Positions 20,379 to 30,889 are shown, counted from the first letter of the stretch. The stretch is DNA of 64,000 nucleotides from an uncultured bacterium (GCA_963729625.1 CAVSOU010000008.1:896001-960000); one strand, 5' to 3'. The notes: generated by a model from the sequence alone, not told the origin. Program-made: numbers and translations.

Positions 20379-21317
20379 ATGGACGTGACCAAGGCGCAAG
20401 GGCAGTCGACGGAGGTTTCCCAAGTCGTTGCGTCGCCACGTGCCATGCCGGCCTTGATCCTGAAGGCCATGCGACCGCGACAGTGGACCAAGAACCTGCT
20501 CTGCGCGGCTGCGTTGGTCATGGCGAATCGGTACAGAGACGGCGTTTCGGACCTCAGAATGTTGCTCTGCGTCGTGCTCTTCTGCGCGCTTTCCGGCACG
20601 GTGTACTTGCTCAATGACTCGCTCGACGTCGAGCAGGACCGATTGCACCCCACCAAGCGCTTCCGACCGGTGGCATCCGGCCGGTTGCCGGTTCGCGTGG
20701 CCCAGGCGGCAGCGGCGGTGATCGGCGTTTGCAGCCTGCTGGTGAGCCTCAGCCTTGGCTATCCCTTCCTTGAGACGGCGGCCGCATACATGGTCTTGCA
20801 GCTTGGCTATATCTTCTATTTCAAGCATGAGGTGCTGCTGGATGTGTTTGCCATCGCGCTCGGCTATGTGCTCCGCGCGGCAGCGGGTGCGGTAGCGATA
20901 CGTGTCGAGATTTCCGTCTGGCTGTACCTGTGCACGATCCTCGGCGGTCTCTTCCTGGCGCTTGGCAAGCGCAGGGGAGAACTGATCGAATTGGAGGATC
21001 TGGCTGCCGACCATCGGCGTAATCTGGGCGAATACAGTCTGGCGCTTGTCGACCAGCTGATCACCATCGTGTCTTCGTCGACGATCGTCGCCTACTCGCT
21101 GTACACGTTCACTGCGCCGAACCTTCCGGCGAATCATCAGATGATGGTTACGGTTCCCTTCGCCGTGTATGGCGTGTTTCGGTATCTGTATCTGGTACAC
21201 GAGCGCGGGCAGGGGGGCAGTCCCGAGGAAGTACTGCTACGCGACCATTCGCTGCAAGTCTGCATAATCTTGTGGGGTCTGATAGCGATCGCCGTGGTGA
21301 GTAGGCTTGGCTCGTAA
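20379..21317 (+). CDS. UbiA-family decaprenyl-phosphate phosphoribosyltransferase-like protein
   Basis: MRPRQWTKN, YLLNDSLDVEQDRLHPTKRFRPVASG, FKHEVLLD, LGKRRGE, FRYLYL. Confidence 0.9.
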   Translation: MDVTKAQGQSTEVSQVVASPRAMPALILKAMRPRQWTKNLLCAAALVMANRYRDGVSDLRMLLCVVLFCALSGTVYLLNDSLDVEQDRLHPTKRFRPVASGRLPVRVAQAAAAVIGVCSLLVSLSLGYPFLETAAAYMVLQLGYIFYFKHEVLLDVFAIALGYVLRAAAGAVAIRVEISVWLYLCTILGGLFLALGKRRGELIELEDLAADHRRNLGEYSLALVDQLITIVSSSTIVAYSLYTFTAPNLPANHQMMVTVPFAVYGVFRYLYLVHERGQGGSPEEVLLRDHSLQVCIILWGLIAIAVVSRLGS

Positions 21318-22287
21318 GCTTTTCCTCTCGGTATTCTTTGGGCTCATCGTGCTCAGCGCCCTCGCCTTGATCGGCGACGCGCCGCGTGTTGCCAACGCAC
21401 TGCGCCGGTTCCCGCCGGGATACCTACCGCCCATCCTTATGCTGACGCTCTGGAACTACGCGCTGCGCTTTGTAAAGTGGCACATGTACCTGCACAGGCT
21501 TCGCATTGCCATCGTGTTTGCCGACAGCATTGGGATATTCCTCTGCGGCCTCTCCATGGCGATCACCCCGGGCAAGGCAGGCGAGCTACTCAAGAGCATT
21601 CTCTTGCGCCGGCGCGTGGGCACGCCACTTACGACGTCGGCACCAGTAGTGCTGGCCGAGCGACTGACCGATGGCCTTGCGATGATGGGACTTGCGGCCA
21701 GCGGCCTGATCCTGTATCGACGAGCCGTGCCGCCGATCGTGGTGCTGTTGATCGTGTTTGCGGCAATCGTCGCCGTGTCGCAGGCTCCATTTGTGCGCAC
21801 CCACATGCTGCCCTGGCTGCAGGCACATCCTCGCCTTGCCAGACGCGCGGACGAGATCGGGCGCCTCTTCGCCAGTGCGCGACTTCTCTTGGCGCCGGAC
21901 ATGCTTGTTGCGGCTGTATGCATCGGTCTCATCTCGTGGAGCGGCGAATGCATCGCGTTCTACCTGGTGCTCCATGGCCTCGGTATGGGCACAGGGTGGG
22001 AGCTATTGATCCAGGCGGCATTTGTGCTTGCTGTGTCGACCCTGATAGGCTCCGCGTCGCTCTCGCCTGGTGGGCTTGGGTCAGCGGAAGCCAGCTCAGC
22101 GGCATTGCTGGTGGCCGTGACCCACACGCAGCTCACGACCGCAGTGGCGGCCACGCTGCTGATTCGGCTGTGTACGCTCTGGTTCGGCGTGTGCGTGGGC
22201 CTCGCGTCACTGTGGTTCTATCGGCATCGGCTCGGAGGATGGCAGGAGCCTGAATCTGCTTCTTCAGCTGCCTCGCAGCCGACCTGA
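21307..22287 (+). CDS. Lysylphosphatidylglycerol synthase TM / flippase-like membrane protein
   Basis: NYALRFVKW, ITPGKAGELLK, AERLTD, PGGLGSAEA, IRLCTLWF; overlaps the previous stop. Confidence 0.88.
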   Translation: MARKLFLSVFFGLIVLSALALIGDAPRVANALRRFPPGYLPPILMLTLWNYALRFVKWHMYLHRLRIAIVFADSIGIFLCGLSMAITPGKAGELLKSILLRRRVGTPLTTSAPVVLAERLTDGLAMMGLAASGLILYRRAVPPIVVLLIVFAAIVAVSQAPFVRTHMLPWLQAHPRLARRADEIGRLFASARLLLAPDMLVAAVCIGLISWSGECIAFYLVLHGLGMGTGWELLIQAAFVLAVSTLIGSASLSPGGLGSAEASSAALLVAVTHTQLTTAVAATLLIRLCTLWFGVCVGLASLWFYRHRLGGWQEPESASSAASQPT

Positions 22288-22440
22288 CAGAGCGAGTGAG
22301 CGGCAAGCTCACGGAGTGCATCGTCGCGGAGCGGGAAACGGGACTTTCACGCAGGGAGCAGGGAGCTCCGAGATCCATGTCCCAGCGGTTGGCCCGGCCC
22401 ATACGATGTGTGTGAGTAAGGGTGAGATGTCCGCACTCGC

Positions 22441-23871
22441 TTGACCGCAAGCGTGAATGGCTGGGTATACTATCACGGCACGCCATGGAAACGCGGGGTG
22501 CCGGCGAGCCTGCCAAGGACGGATATGCTTCAAGAAGACGACTGGACCTACGGGCCCAACGGGCTGCCCATGGAGGTCCCGAGCCTGCACACGCAGCCGA
22601 CGCTTGTCCTGGCACCCGTCCCAATGCCACGCCCGCCAAAGAAGAAGCGACGATGGTTGCTTCGTATCGGTCTCGTTCTACTGTGCCTGTTCGTCGTCCT
22701 AGTTGGAAGCTTCGGGTTCTTCTGGGTTGACCCGCCCGCGCTCGGCTGGATTAGCCAGCCGTTTCTGCCATCGGCTTCCAACGTCGTTCCGTGGAACGGG
22801 TCTGATCCTATCAATATTCTTGCTCTGGGAGAAGACCAACGGTATCCAGGTGAGAAGACGCATTCCGACACGATCATTGTCATGACCGTCAATCCGAGCA
22901 ACGGGAAAGTGCGCCTGGTCTCGATACCGCGCGATCTCGCGGCGAGTGTTCCCGGCTATGGAGAGATGAGCAAGATCAACGAGGGGAATTATCTTGGCGG
23001 TCCAAGATACGAGGCATACACGATTGAGCACGCGCTGGGCATTCCGATCAATTACTATGTGGTTCTGCGGTTTCAGACATTCAAGACCGTGATAGACGCG
23101 CTCGGCGGTGTCGATATCAACGTCGACCAGAAGATAGACGATCCGACCTACCCGGCATTGCAGGGTAATGGGTATGCTCCTCTGCACCTCAATCCGGGTA
23201 TGCAGCACATGGATGGAGCGACTGCGCTGGCCTATGTACGCGAGCGACACTCGTACACGACGGGCGATGAGGTGCGGGTCCAGCATCAGCAGCAGCTGAT
23301 CTCGGCGATGAAATCGCAGGCGCTTCGGCCCGGCACGCTGTTCCGCCTCCCGGCCATTTACAACGCGGTGCGCAATGCGTTCCAGACGAATTTGCCGGGC
23401 AGCATGCTGCCCGTGGTCTTTCTGGAGATGATCAAGTCCGGGAGCATGGAGCACGTCTATTTCAGCGACACAAACGGGATGGTGACGCAGTGCATTGGAT
23501 ATGACGCCGGTGCCGATCTCTGTCCTACGCCCGCCTTCCAGCCGCGCATCAGCGAGCTGTTCCAACAGCAGCCACTCGACAACGAACATGCGACGGTGTT
23601 CATTCAGAACGGAAGCCATCTCGCGGGCGAGGCTGCGGCCGTGGCTGCTACGCTTGCGACCTGCCATCTCAACGTCGTTGGTAGCGGTAACGCCGACACG
23701 AACGACCATGCGCACACCGCAGTGATCGTCAACAGCGCGTACCCTGCCGCACCGTACACAACGCGGCTGCTGCGGCAGATGTTCCAGGCTCGGTTACTGA
23801 CGATGCGCATGCCCGAGACACATGCGCAGATCGTGCTGCTGCTTGGCAACGACGTGCCGCAAGTGCAATAG
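22441..23871 (+). CDS. LCP (LytR-CpsA-Psr) family protein with LytR_C domain
   Basis: TM helix, INILALGED, SDTIIV, SIPRD, VIDALGGVDI, ALAYVRER, C-terminal VFIQNG...IVLLLGND. Confidence 0.92.
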   Translation: MTASVNGWVYYHGTPWKRGVPASLPRTDMLQEDDWTYGPNGLPMEVPSLHTQPTLVLAPVPMPRPPKKKRRWLLRIGLVLLCLFVVLVGSFGFFWVDPPALGWISQPFLPSASNVVPWNGSDPINILALGEDQRYPGEKTHSDTIIVMTVNPSNGKVRLVSIPRDLAASVPGYGEMSKINEGNYLGGPRYEAYTIEHALGIPINYYVVLRFQTFKTVIDALGGVDINVDQKIDDPTYPALQGNGYAPLHLNPGMQHMDGATALAYVRERHSYTTGDEVRVQHQQQLISAMKSQALRPGTLFRLPAIYNAVRNAFQTNLPGSMLPVVFLEMIKSGSMEHVYFSDTNGMVTQCIGYDAGADLCPTPAFQPRISELFQQQPLDNEHATVFIQNGSHLAGEAAAVAATLATCHLNVVGSGNADTNDHAHTAVIVNSAYPAAPYTTRLLRQMFQARLLTMRMPETHAQIVLLLGNDVPQVQ

Positions 23872-24040
23872 GGGCTGTGTCATTCGGGGTGTGGCGGTGG
23901 TCCGCGGGAATTCCGGGGGAAGCTCAGCGCGCAATTGTCCGGCGAGTTCGCAGGTCAGTCGGGCCGCACTTGCGATGGGCAGGCCGGCGTGGTAGGATCT
24001 CCCCATTGGGCCGGCGCCTCGGGATAGCGCGCGGCTGAAT

Positions 24041-24113
24041 GCGGGTGTAACTCAGTTGGCAGAGTGTCTGCTTCCCAAGCAGAATGTCGCCGGTTCGAGC
24101 CCGGTCACCCGCT
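24041..24113 (+). tRNA. tRNA-Gly (CCC)
   Basis: GCGGGTG acceptor pairs with CACCCGC; D-arm CTCAGTTGGCAGAG; anticodon arm TCTGC-TTCCCAA-GCAGA; T-arm GCCGG-TTCGAGC-CCGGT; CCA not encoded. Confidence 0.96.
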
Positions 24114-24158
24114 CTCTAAACGTGTCAAAATCGCTCTTTTTCGACCTGGAGGATCTGT

Positions 24159-24180
24159 CTTCCCCGCCGCTTCCCCGCCA
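24159..24180 (+). repeat. Tandem 11-bp direct repeat CTTCCCCGCCR x2, 45 nt after the tRNA
   Basis: CTTCCCCGCCG CTTCCCCGCCA seen directly. Confidence 0.6.
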
Positions 24181-24603
24181 GACGTCGCGGCGACTGCCGC
24201 GGGAAGGCGCCTGAGAGCCTCTCCAAAGCGCCATGGGCCGGCCTTGATGGCATGGCCTGAGTGTCATGCGGCAGCGGTTTTCTCTTGAACGCCGGTCGTC
24301 CGTGTCATGTGCCCCACGCGCGCAGCGCGGGACAGGCCGTCTGAGTGTCTGCCGTTGCGAACAGGGTAATGAAGGGCCTGGAGTCGGCACACAACATGCA
24401 ATCTCGATGCTTTGGCCATGTATGAAATCTCGGGGCGACGCATGAGTATGCTGTTGACCGATTGCACTGCGCAGGCGTGATCTCGACCTAGCACCCGCCG
24501 GGAAGCAGCCTCCACTTTGAGGCTTGGGCCGTTATCTGAAACTTCGGCAGGCGTCCAGCGCGCCCTCGAACGCGGCGATCGCTCGGCTAGAGACTGCAAA
24601 CGG

Positions 24604-25576
24604 CTATCGTTTGCCTACACGCCGAACACTTGGCGCACGCGTTCGATCGGTGACGAAGGCCTGCACGTCGGGGTAACGAGCGTCAGCACTCATGCTCAGG
24701 GCGCGCGCCAACGCGGACTCAACGGCCGGGTTCAATTCTGGCACGAGGTCACACGCTGGCGGGAACTGGAACGGCATATGCCGCTTCGGGTCCCTGCCGG
24801 TGAGCATGTGATTCAGACTTGCAGCGAGCGCGTACTGGTCTGGCCGCGGCTCCGCCATGCCCTGGTACAGTTCAGGTGGTGCGTAGCCCGGCGTCCCGAT
24901 CGTGGTACCGCCTGTTGCCATGGCTGGCCTCGCCACGCCGAAATCGATGAGCATAACCTGCCCATCCGGACGGAGCATGAAGTTCTCCGGTTTGAGATCG
25001 CGGAACACGGTAGGTGGAACGCGACTGTGCAGGTAATCGAGCGCCTCGGCCAACTGCTTTGCCCACCCAAGGACCTCCGACTCGGGTAATCCCGGCGCAC
25101 CTCGCGACGCGATCTCGCTCTCAACGGTCCTGCCCGGTACCATCTGCAGGACAAGTCAGCCACTCGTCTGCTCCTCCAACCAGTCCTTAATGTCGCTGAT
25201 ATGCGGATGGGAAAGGCTAGCCAAGATGGTCGCTTCGCGCTGGAACAATACACGCCCTTGCGGCGCAGCGTCCGGCAATGGTATGTGCTTCAGCGCGCAT
25301 GCTCGGCACGCGAGGCGTTCATCAACAGCCCGCCTGTCACACACTGCCCATGTTGCCGGAGCCAAGGCGAGAACCCACGCGGTAACGACCGCCAACGAGC
25401 AGGCCAGGTTGAACGACTACCGTCTGTGGTCCCTGCGGCCCACGCGTTGGCTGAGCCTGGACAACTCCAGCGTTCTCGCTGCTTGGCGCTGCAGCGAGCG
25501 AGATTCCGTAGTGCGGGCACTGTTTGTCCGAGGCGATCACTGGCCGGCCGCACGATGGTCAGGCACCACTTGCCAT
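24604..25576 (-). pseudogene. Zinc-ribbon plus Hanks-type Ser/Thr kinase pseudogene
   Basis: MASGA*PSCGRP..CPHYG, GRYRVGSRLGSGNMGSV*, ALKHI, FQREATILASLSHPHI, stop, FRDLKPEN, IDFGVAR, GTPGYAPPE; at least three stops and a frameshift. Confidence 0.88.
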
Positions 25577-25950
25577 GGCCACCCCTCCGAGATTGGGGCT
25601 AGGGAAGAAGAGACGGCGGTCGCCATCCGGAACATCAGCTGTGCGATATCCAGCGTGCCTAGTAGCCAGACGCAGCAATAATACGCTTGCGCACGTACTT
25701 ATGCCAATAGGCGACGCGACGCCGAATTGGCAGCGTACGGTCAAGACGATGCCAGGAACCTGGCGGGCGCTGGGACCTCGCCAATACGAAAGTCTCCGCT
25801 AGTCAGAGCCTACCCTGCACGCTCAGTCGCTGGTTGCTCAATGCCAGAGCCCACCAGAGATAGGCCGGATCGGCGCACAAACGTCGCGGTCCATCAGTCC
25901 TCTGGGCGTTGCGTGCCAATCCCTCGCTGTGAGCAACCAGCGTTAAGAAG

Positions 25951-25974
25951 CGAGGTGGCTCAAGGGCCACCTCG
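25951..25974 (-). terminator. Probable intrinsic terminator of the 26005-29220 gene
   Basis: CGAGGTGGC-N6-GCCACCTCG followed by CTTCTT on the minus strand. Confidence 0.65.
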
Positions 25975-26004
25975 TTGTGCGCAGGCCTGGCGTACACTCT
26001 CAGG

Positions 26005-29000
26005 CTAGTTCGTGACCGAGCTATGCGTCAGCGTAAACCTGCTCTGAGCGCCGCTTGCTAGCGTCACGCCCACGGCGACGCATTCGTCTGCACTGGCGCA
26101 GCTCACGGCTCGCGGCTCTAGTCCTGCCACGTTCAGTGGTTCCGCGATCCAGGAGACACCGCCGTCCTCGCTGTCAAGCACAAAGGCCCCGTCCCCCGAC
26201 CCCCCGCCCCAGGCTCCCACAGCAAAGCAGATCCGGGTATCGGGGCAACTGACCGCTTGCAGCCCCCAGGCGCTCGTCGCCTGTATGCTCCACGTAGCAC
26301 CGGCGTCCGCAGTTCGCAGGATAGAGCGATCTCCAACGGCCACGCAGACGCGCTCGCTTGAACAGCTCACACCGACTGGATTGGTCATGAGGCCGGTATC
26401 TAGCCACCGCTGAGTCCATCTCACGCCACCGTCGTCGCTGGTGAGGATGACACCGTACGCTGGCAACGCGTCCGGAAAACCTGGTGAGTCCGCCATTCCG
26501 CCCACGGCTACACAGGCGCGAGCACTCGCACAGACCACGCCGTTAAGGACGGTGTTGCGATCGACAGTCTGGCGCGTCCAGTGGACCCCACTGTCGCGAC
26601 TGACAAAAATGACCCCTGGCTGTCCCCCAGCGACGCACAACCCTTCGCTCCTGCAACTGACGCTGGCGGCCCCCCACGCGCCAAACCCCGACTGATCCCG
26701 CATCCCAAGCCGTTCAGTCCACGTCATACCGCCATCACTGCTACTCAGGATGATGCCGCCTTTCGACCCGTTACCGGCGGTGACGCACGCACTGTCGCTT
26801 GCGCAATCGACGGCATAGAGTTCAATCGCGCTCGGTACTCCCCTACCGGTCCAGCTGACGCCTCCGTCCGTGCTTGTGAAGACCTCGCCACCGTGACCAC
26901 CATTGCCGACGGCCACGCACCGGCGCGCCGTGGGGCAGCTTATGCCGTGCAGTATTGCGTTCGCCCCCAAGTCACGGCGAGTCCATTTGCTCACCCCATA
27001 GGCGTTGGTCAAGATGGTTCCGTCAGAGCCCACAATTACGCACGCGTTTGCGGCGGCGCACGAGACATCGCTCGGCAAGGAACCCGGGTGCTCCTGGTTC
27101 CAGCTGGCCCCACCATCCATGCTGATTAGGATGCCGCGGGAGTAGACGGCCACGCATGCGGTAGGAGTCGGACAGCTGACGCTGGCTAGATCATCGTTGC
27201 TTATGAGCGGATTGCTGTGGCGAATCCAGCTCACGCCTCCATCGGCGCTGGTCAGAGTAATGCCGCTCGGGCCCACGGCTACGCATGTGACCAGGTTGGA
27301 GCACGTGACACTAGTCAGGCTCTGATTGGGGCCGCGCACCGGACTGATTTGCTGGGTCCATGTGGCGCCACGGTCGACACTCGTCAGCACGGCGTCGCCC
27401 ACAACTACGCACCTGTTCACGTTCGGGCAGCTCACGCTGTCGAGAATCGCATTGTCAGACACCGGACTCGGGCGCTGCGTCCAAGTCGCACCACCGTCAG
27501 CGCTCTCTTCTATTACACCGTGGTCTCCAACAGCCACGCACACGTCTACCGTCGCACAGCTTACCCGGTCGAGCAACGCACCGCGATCACCCGTGGGAGG
27601 AACCGAAGGACGGACGATCCACGTCCTCCCACCGTCGGAGCTTGTGAGAACGCTGGTGCCTTTTCGCCAGGAATCGCCAAGGCCCAGTGCCACGCAGCTG
27701 CCACCGCCTAGGCAGGTAACGCTCACCAGCTGGTCGCCCGTCCCAGACGTTCGATTGATCCACGTAGCGCCGACGTCTGTGCTCTGAAGGATACTACCCC
27801 TTGCGCCCACGGCCACGCAGAGGTCGATCTTCGGGCAGCTCACGCTGTTCAAATCGTATCCCGTGTCAGATGCAGGGTCCGCGCGCGCGATCCACGTTGA
27901 ACCACCGTCCCGGGTGGTCGCGATGGTTCCATCCCCGCCCACAGCCACGCAGAAGCTCTGGCCTGTGCAGCTGATGGCGTTTGGCAGCCAGTGCGACAGC
28001 CCCGAGGCGTGGCTGGCCCAGGTGGCGCCTCCGTCAGAACTGCTGATGAGGGTGCCCTCCCCGCCCACGGCCATGCAGAAGCTCTTGCTCGCGCAGCTCA
28101 CACCGCGCAAATCTTCGCTCGTGCCGGAGTCTCGCGCGGACCACGTCAGGCCGCCGTCCACGCTCATCAGCACGGTGCCGCCGGCGCCAACGGCCACGCA
28201 AGCGCTCTTGCAGTCAACACCATAAAGGGCCGGAGTCGTGTTCGGGCGCGTTCCCCAGGTCGCGCCACCGTCTCCGGTAACGAGCAGCCCGCCGCTATCG
28301 CCCACTACCACGCATATGCCCGTTCCCGAGCAGCTCACGGCATTCAGGGAGGAGCTGGCGTCCGTATTGACTTGTCGCCAGGTGATTCCTCCATTCTCCG
28401 TCGTGTTAACGCGACCGTTCTCCCCCACAGCCATGCAGTACTTCGTGCTCAGGCAACTGACACCTCGTAGGACTGAGTCAAAACTGGACGTCGGCTGCCG
28501 CCAAGTGCTACCGCCATCCGCGCTGACTGCCACGCTGCCTTCGTCGCCGGAGGCACCGACAACGACGCACAAAGCCGGCGCCGCGCAACTGACGCTGTAA
28601 ATGTCCTGACCGGCGGAGAACGCTTCTACGGCAGGATTCACACGGCGCGTCCACGTGGCCCCGTCATCACTACTGACCAGCAGCGTACCGTTCCTGCCCA
28701 CGGCTACGCATTCGGGCGTGGTTGCGCAGCTGACGCCAGCTAGCGGTTCACGCCTCGCCGGCACAGCGTGCCATATCCACGCGGTGTGCAGCGCGGAAAG
28801 CTCGCTGGAGTGCGTGGGTGTAGGTGGCGGCACTGGCGTTCCACCGCCCGTAGAGTTCCCCGGCGTCGCCGTAAGCACCGGGCCGAGCGGGGAGTAGGCA
28901 ACAGGGTGCGAGCCTCCTCCGCCAAGGATTCGCACGATCGCTGTCGCCGCGACGATCAGCACTACAAGGCAGGCAATGACTACTAGACGACGCGAGGGTC

Positions 29001-29220
29001 TTGACAGGGGTTCACGTCTTGTTCGTAGGCTCGGAGATGCCGAGCCGGGTTCGTCCGCGCTCGCAGTCTGCTGGTGGCCGAGACGAGAACTCGGCGTGCT
29101 CTTCTCCGCCGTGCCGCCTTCTGCGCCTAAGGAAGCAGGCAGTGCGGCGCCACACCTGCCACAGAACGCGTGATCTGGCGCGCTATCGAACCCGCACTGC
29201 CCACACCGAGACGTTGGCAT
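26005..29220 (-). CDS. Zinc-ribbon / TM / 21-blade Cys-paired Asp-box (BNR/YCF48-like) beta-propeller protein
   Basis: CGQC...FCGRCG, TM helix LVVIACLVVLIVAATAIV, Pro/Thr linker, then 21 repeats of L..VSC-x5-CVAVG..G.IL.S.DGG.TW. Start placed at MPTSRC. Confidence 0.9.
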   Translation of the reverse strand: MPTSRCGQCGFDSAPDHAFCGRCGAALPASLGAEGGTAEKSTPSSRLGHQQTASADEPGSASPSLRTRREPLSRPSRRLVVIACLVVLIVAATAIVRILGGGGSHPVAYSPLGPVLTATPGNSTGGGTPVPPPTPTHSSELSALHTAWIWHAVPARREPLAGVSCATTPECVAVGRNGTLLVSSDDGATWTRRVNPAVEAFSAGQDIYSVSCAAPALCVVVGASGDEGSVAVSADGGSTWRQPTSSFDSVLRGVSCLSTKYCMAVGENGRVNTTENGGITWRQVNTDASSSLNAVSCSGTGICVVVGDSGGLLVTGDGGATWGTRPNTTPALYGVDCKSACVAVGAGGTVLMSVDGGLTWSARDSGTSEDLRGVSCASKSFCMAVGGEGTLISSSDGGATWASHASGLSHWLPNAISCTGQSFCVAVGGDGTIATTRDGGSTWIARADPASDTGYDLNSVSCPKIDLCVAVGARGSILQSTDVGATWINRTSGTGDQLVSVTCLGGGSCVALGLGDSWRKGTSVLTSSDGGRTWIVRPSVPPTGDRGALLDRVSCATVDVCVAVGDHGVIEESADGGATWTQRPSPVSDNAILDSVSCPNVNRCVVVGDAVLTSVDRGATWTQQISPVRGPNQSLTSVTCSNLVTCVAVGPSGITLTSADGGVSWIRHSNPLISNDDLASVSCPTPTACVAVYSRGILISMDGGASWNQEHPGSLPSDVSCAAANACVIVGSDGTILTNAYGVSKWTRRDLGANAILHGISCPTARRCVAVGNGGHGGEVFTSTDGGVSWTGRGVPSAIELYAVDCASDSACVTAGNGSKGGIILSSSDGGMTWTERLGMRDQSGFGAWGAASVSCRSEGLCVAGGQPGVIFVSRDSGVHWTRQTVDRNTVLNGVVCASARACVAVGGMADSPGFPDALPAYGVILTSDDGGVRWTQRWLDTGLMTNPVGVSCSSERVCVAVGDRSILRTADAGATWSIQATSAWGLQAVSCPDTRICFAVGAWGGGSGDGAFVLDSEDGGVSWIAEPLNVAGLEPRAVSCASADECVAVGVTLASGAQSRFTLTHSSVTN

Positions 29221-29649
29221 CTCTGGGCTCCCCTGGCCCTGCACGAAGGCCCGGCCATAAGCACGCGCATGCTTGATCGCCTCAAAGCCTAGCCGAAACG
29301 GCAGCAGAGAGTAAGGGCCATTCGTCACCGCGATAGCCGCTGAGTACCTCATTCACTGCCTGGGAATGTACGCGATCGGCGGCGATCTTCTTTCCGAACG
29401 CCTATGCGTCAGCCGGTTCGCGACTTGTGGACTCAGTGGGTTCGCGGGCGCTGCTGCGGCAACTGCCCAGCGTCAGCAGCCGTGTGACCGCACTCTGGGA
29501 GGAGACCCTGCGGCCGGGGAGGATCTGGCAGACGAGCCTGCGGAAGCGTCGTGTGCTGAGTCGGCTCCTGCGCCAGCGGCAGGCGAAAGTAACGCGTCAG
29601 CCGCCGCGCCGCACCTGTGCACTGCCAGTAATCTCCCAAATGGGGTGCA

Positions 29650-30566
29650 GGGCCGGACCAACGAGCTGGTGGTCAGCCGGACCGACCCGGGTGCCGGAGT
29701 GGTCGGCCGTGAGGGCGTCCCGCTCGCGCTCTATCACAAGGTCCACGCCGGCATGGATGGCGGCACGGCGCGCATCATCACCGCGCTCGACGTCACGCCA
29801 GGCGACATCCCCGACGAAGCGCTGCTGGACCGTATCTGCAAAGAGCATGAAGGCACGACCGGCCGGCTGGTGGCCGAAGTAATCGCCGACGCCAAGTTCG
29901 GCACGAATGCCAACTACACGCGGCTGGAAGCGCAGGGCAAGTGCGCCAGCATCCCACCGCATGAGGCCGGCGACCAGCACCGGGCTATCGCCCGGGACCA
30001 GTTCACGTACGACGCCGCGCGGGACCGCTTCGTCTGTCCCCAGGGCCATCCGTTGACGCACCAGGGCACCTCCCATACGGCGAACGCCACCGGATCCGTT
30101 ATCTACCGCGCCTCGCCGAAGACCTGCGGCGGCTGCCCGCTGAAAGCCGCCTGCTGCGGCGACGCACAGGCGCGCACCATTTCCCGACCGGACGATGGCG
30201 GGCTCTCCGATCGGGTCCGCGCCTACCTGGCCACCCCAGTGGCCAAACACAGCGTCCGCCAACGGCTCTACTGGGCGGAGCCACCGATAGCCGAACTGAA
30301 GGAGCGGCACGGGTTACGGCGGGCACAAGGTCGCGGGCGCGCCGCCGTGTTGATCCAGACCTTGGGTGCCGCGATGGCTTACAACATCAAGAAGCTGGCC
30401 TGACGTTGCCGCTGGCAGCCCCAGGAAACGGCCCTGGCCTAGCGGCCAGAGCCCAAGGCCGGCCATCGGCCATCGTACCGCAGCCTGAGGCCGTGTTTCC
30501 ACCAAGCAGTCTGTATCCTGCTGAGCACCCTTGCCAGCCTGCTCCCGCGAGTTCGGCAACACGCTG
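29650..30566 (+). mobile_element. IS1182-family element remnant (5'-truncated transposase ending at 30403)
   Basis: SRTDP, VIADAKFG, FTYDAARDRFVCPQGHPL, YRAS..CGGCPLKAACC, AEPPIAELKERHGLRRA, AYNIKKL; candidate right end GAGTTCGGCAACACGCTG at 30549-30566. N-terminal half and left end absent. Confidence 0.82.
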
Positions 30567-30857
30567 ACTGGAAGCATTTAGTGGTGTGAGGCCCTCGTTG
30601 ACTAGAGGCAATTCGACCAGATTCGTAGGATCTTGCCCATATCTTCCCCCGAGATTCAGGGTCCGACCTAAACAGCTTCTTCAGCCTGGCGCTGGTTGGC
30701 TCGCCCGCATATCCCTCCGTCGCTGTCTTCACGCCCCGAACTGAACGATCGCTCTTGCAGCCGTACCCGTCGCTCCAAATCTTGCGCATGCCATTCGGCG
30801 AGTAGGTGGTCTGCTGCTCGACCGCCGCACGGTCCTTTTCCGCCACCAACGGCGAAC

Positions 30858-30889
30858 AGCATAACAGCCGAGCATTAGGCGGGCATTAG
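30858..30889 (-). promoter_or_regulatory. Direct-repeat promoter element, copy 1
   Basis: Minus strand CTAATGC-CCGC-CTAATGC-TCGGCTGT-TATGCT. Confidence 0.8.

Noticed and set aside
25690-25720. Possible further element copies (CTATTGG near 25705; CGAATGG near 29320 and 54965)
   Set aside because: Single half-sites without the second heptamer or a correctly spaced TANNNT.
29366-29650. N-terminal 95 aa of the transposase ORF
   Set aside because: No transposase similarity; it is read-through from flanking DNA into the truncated IS.
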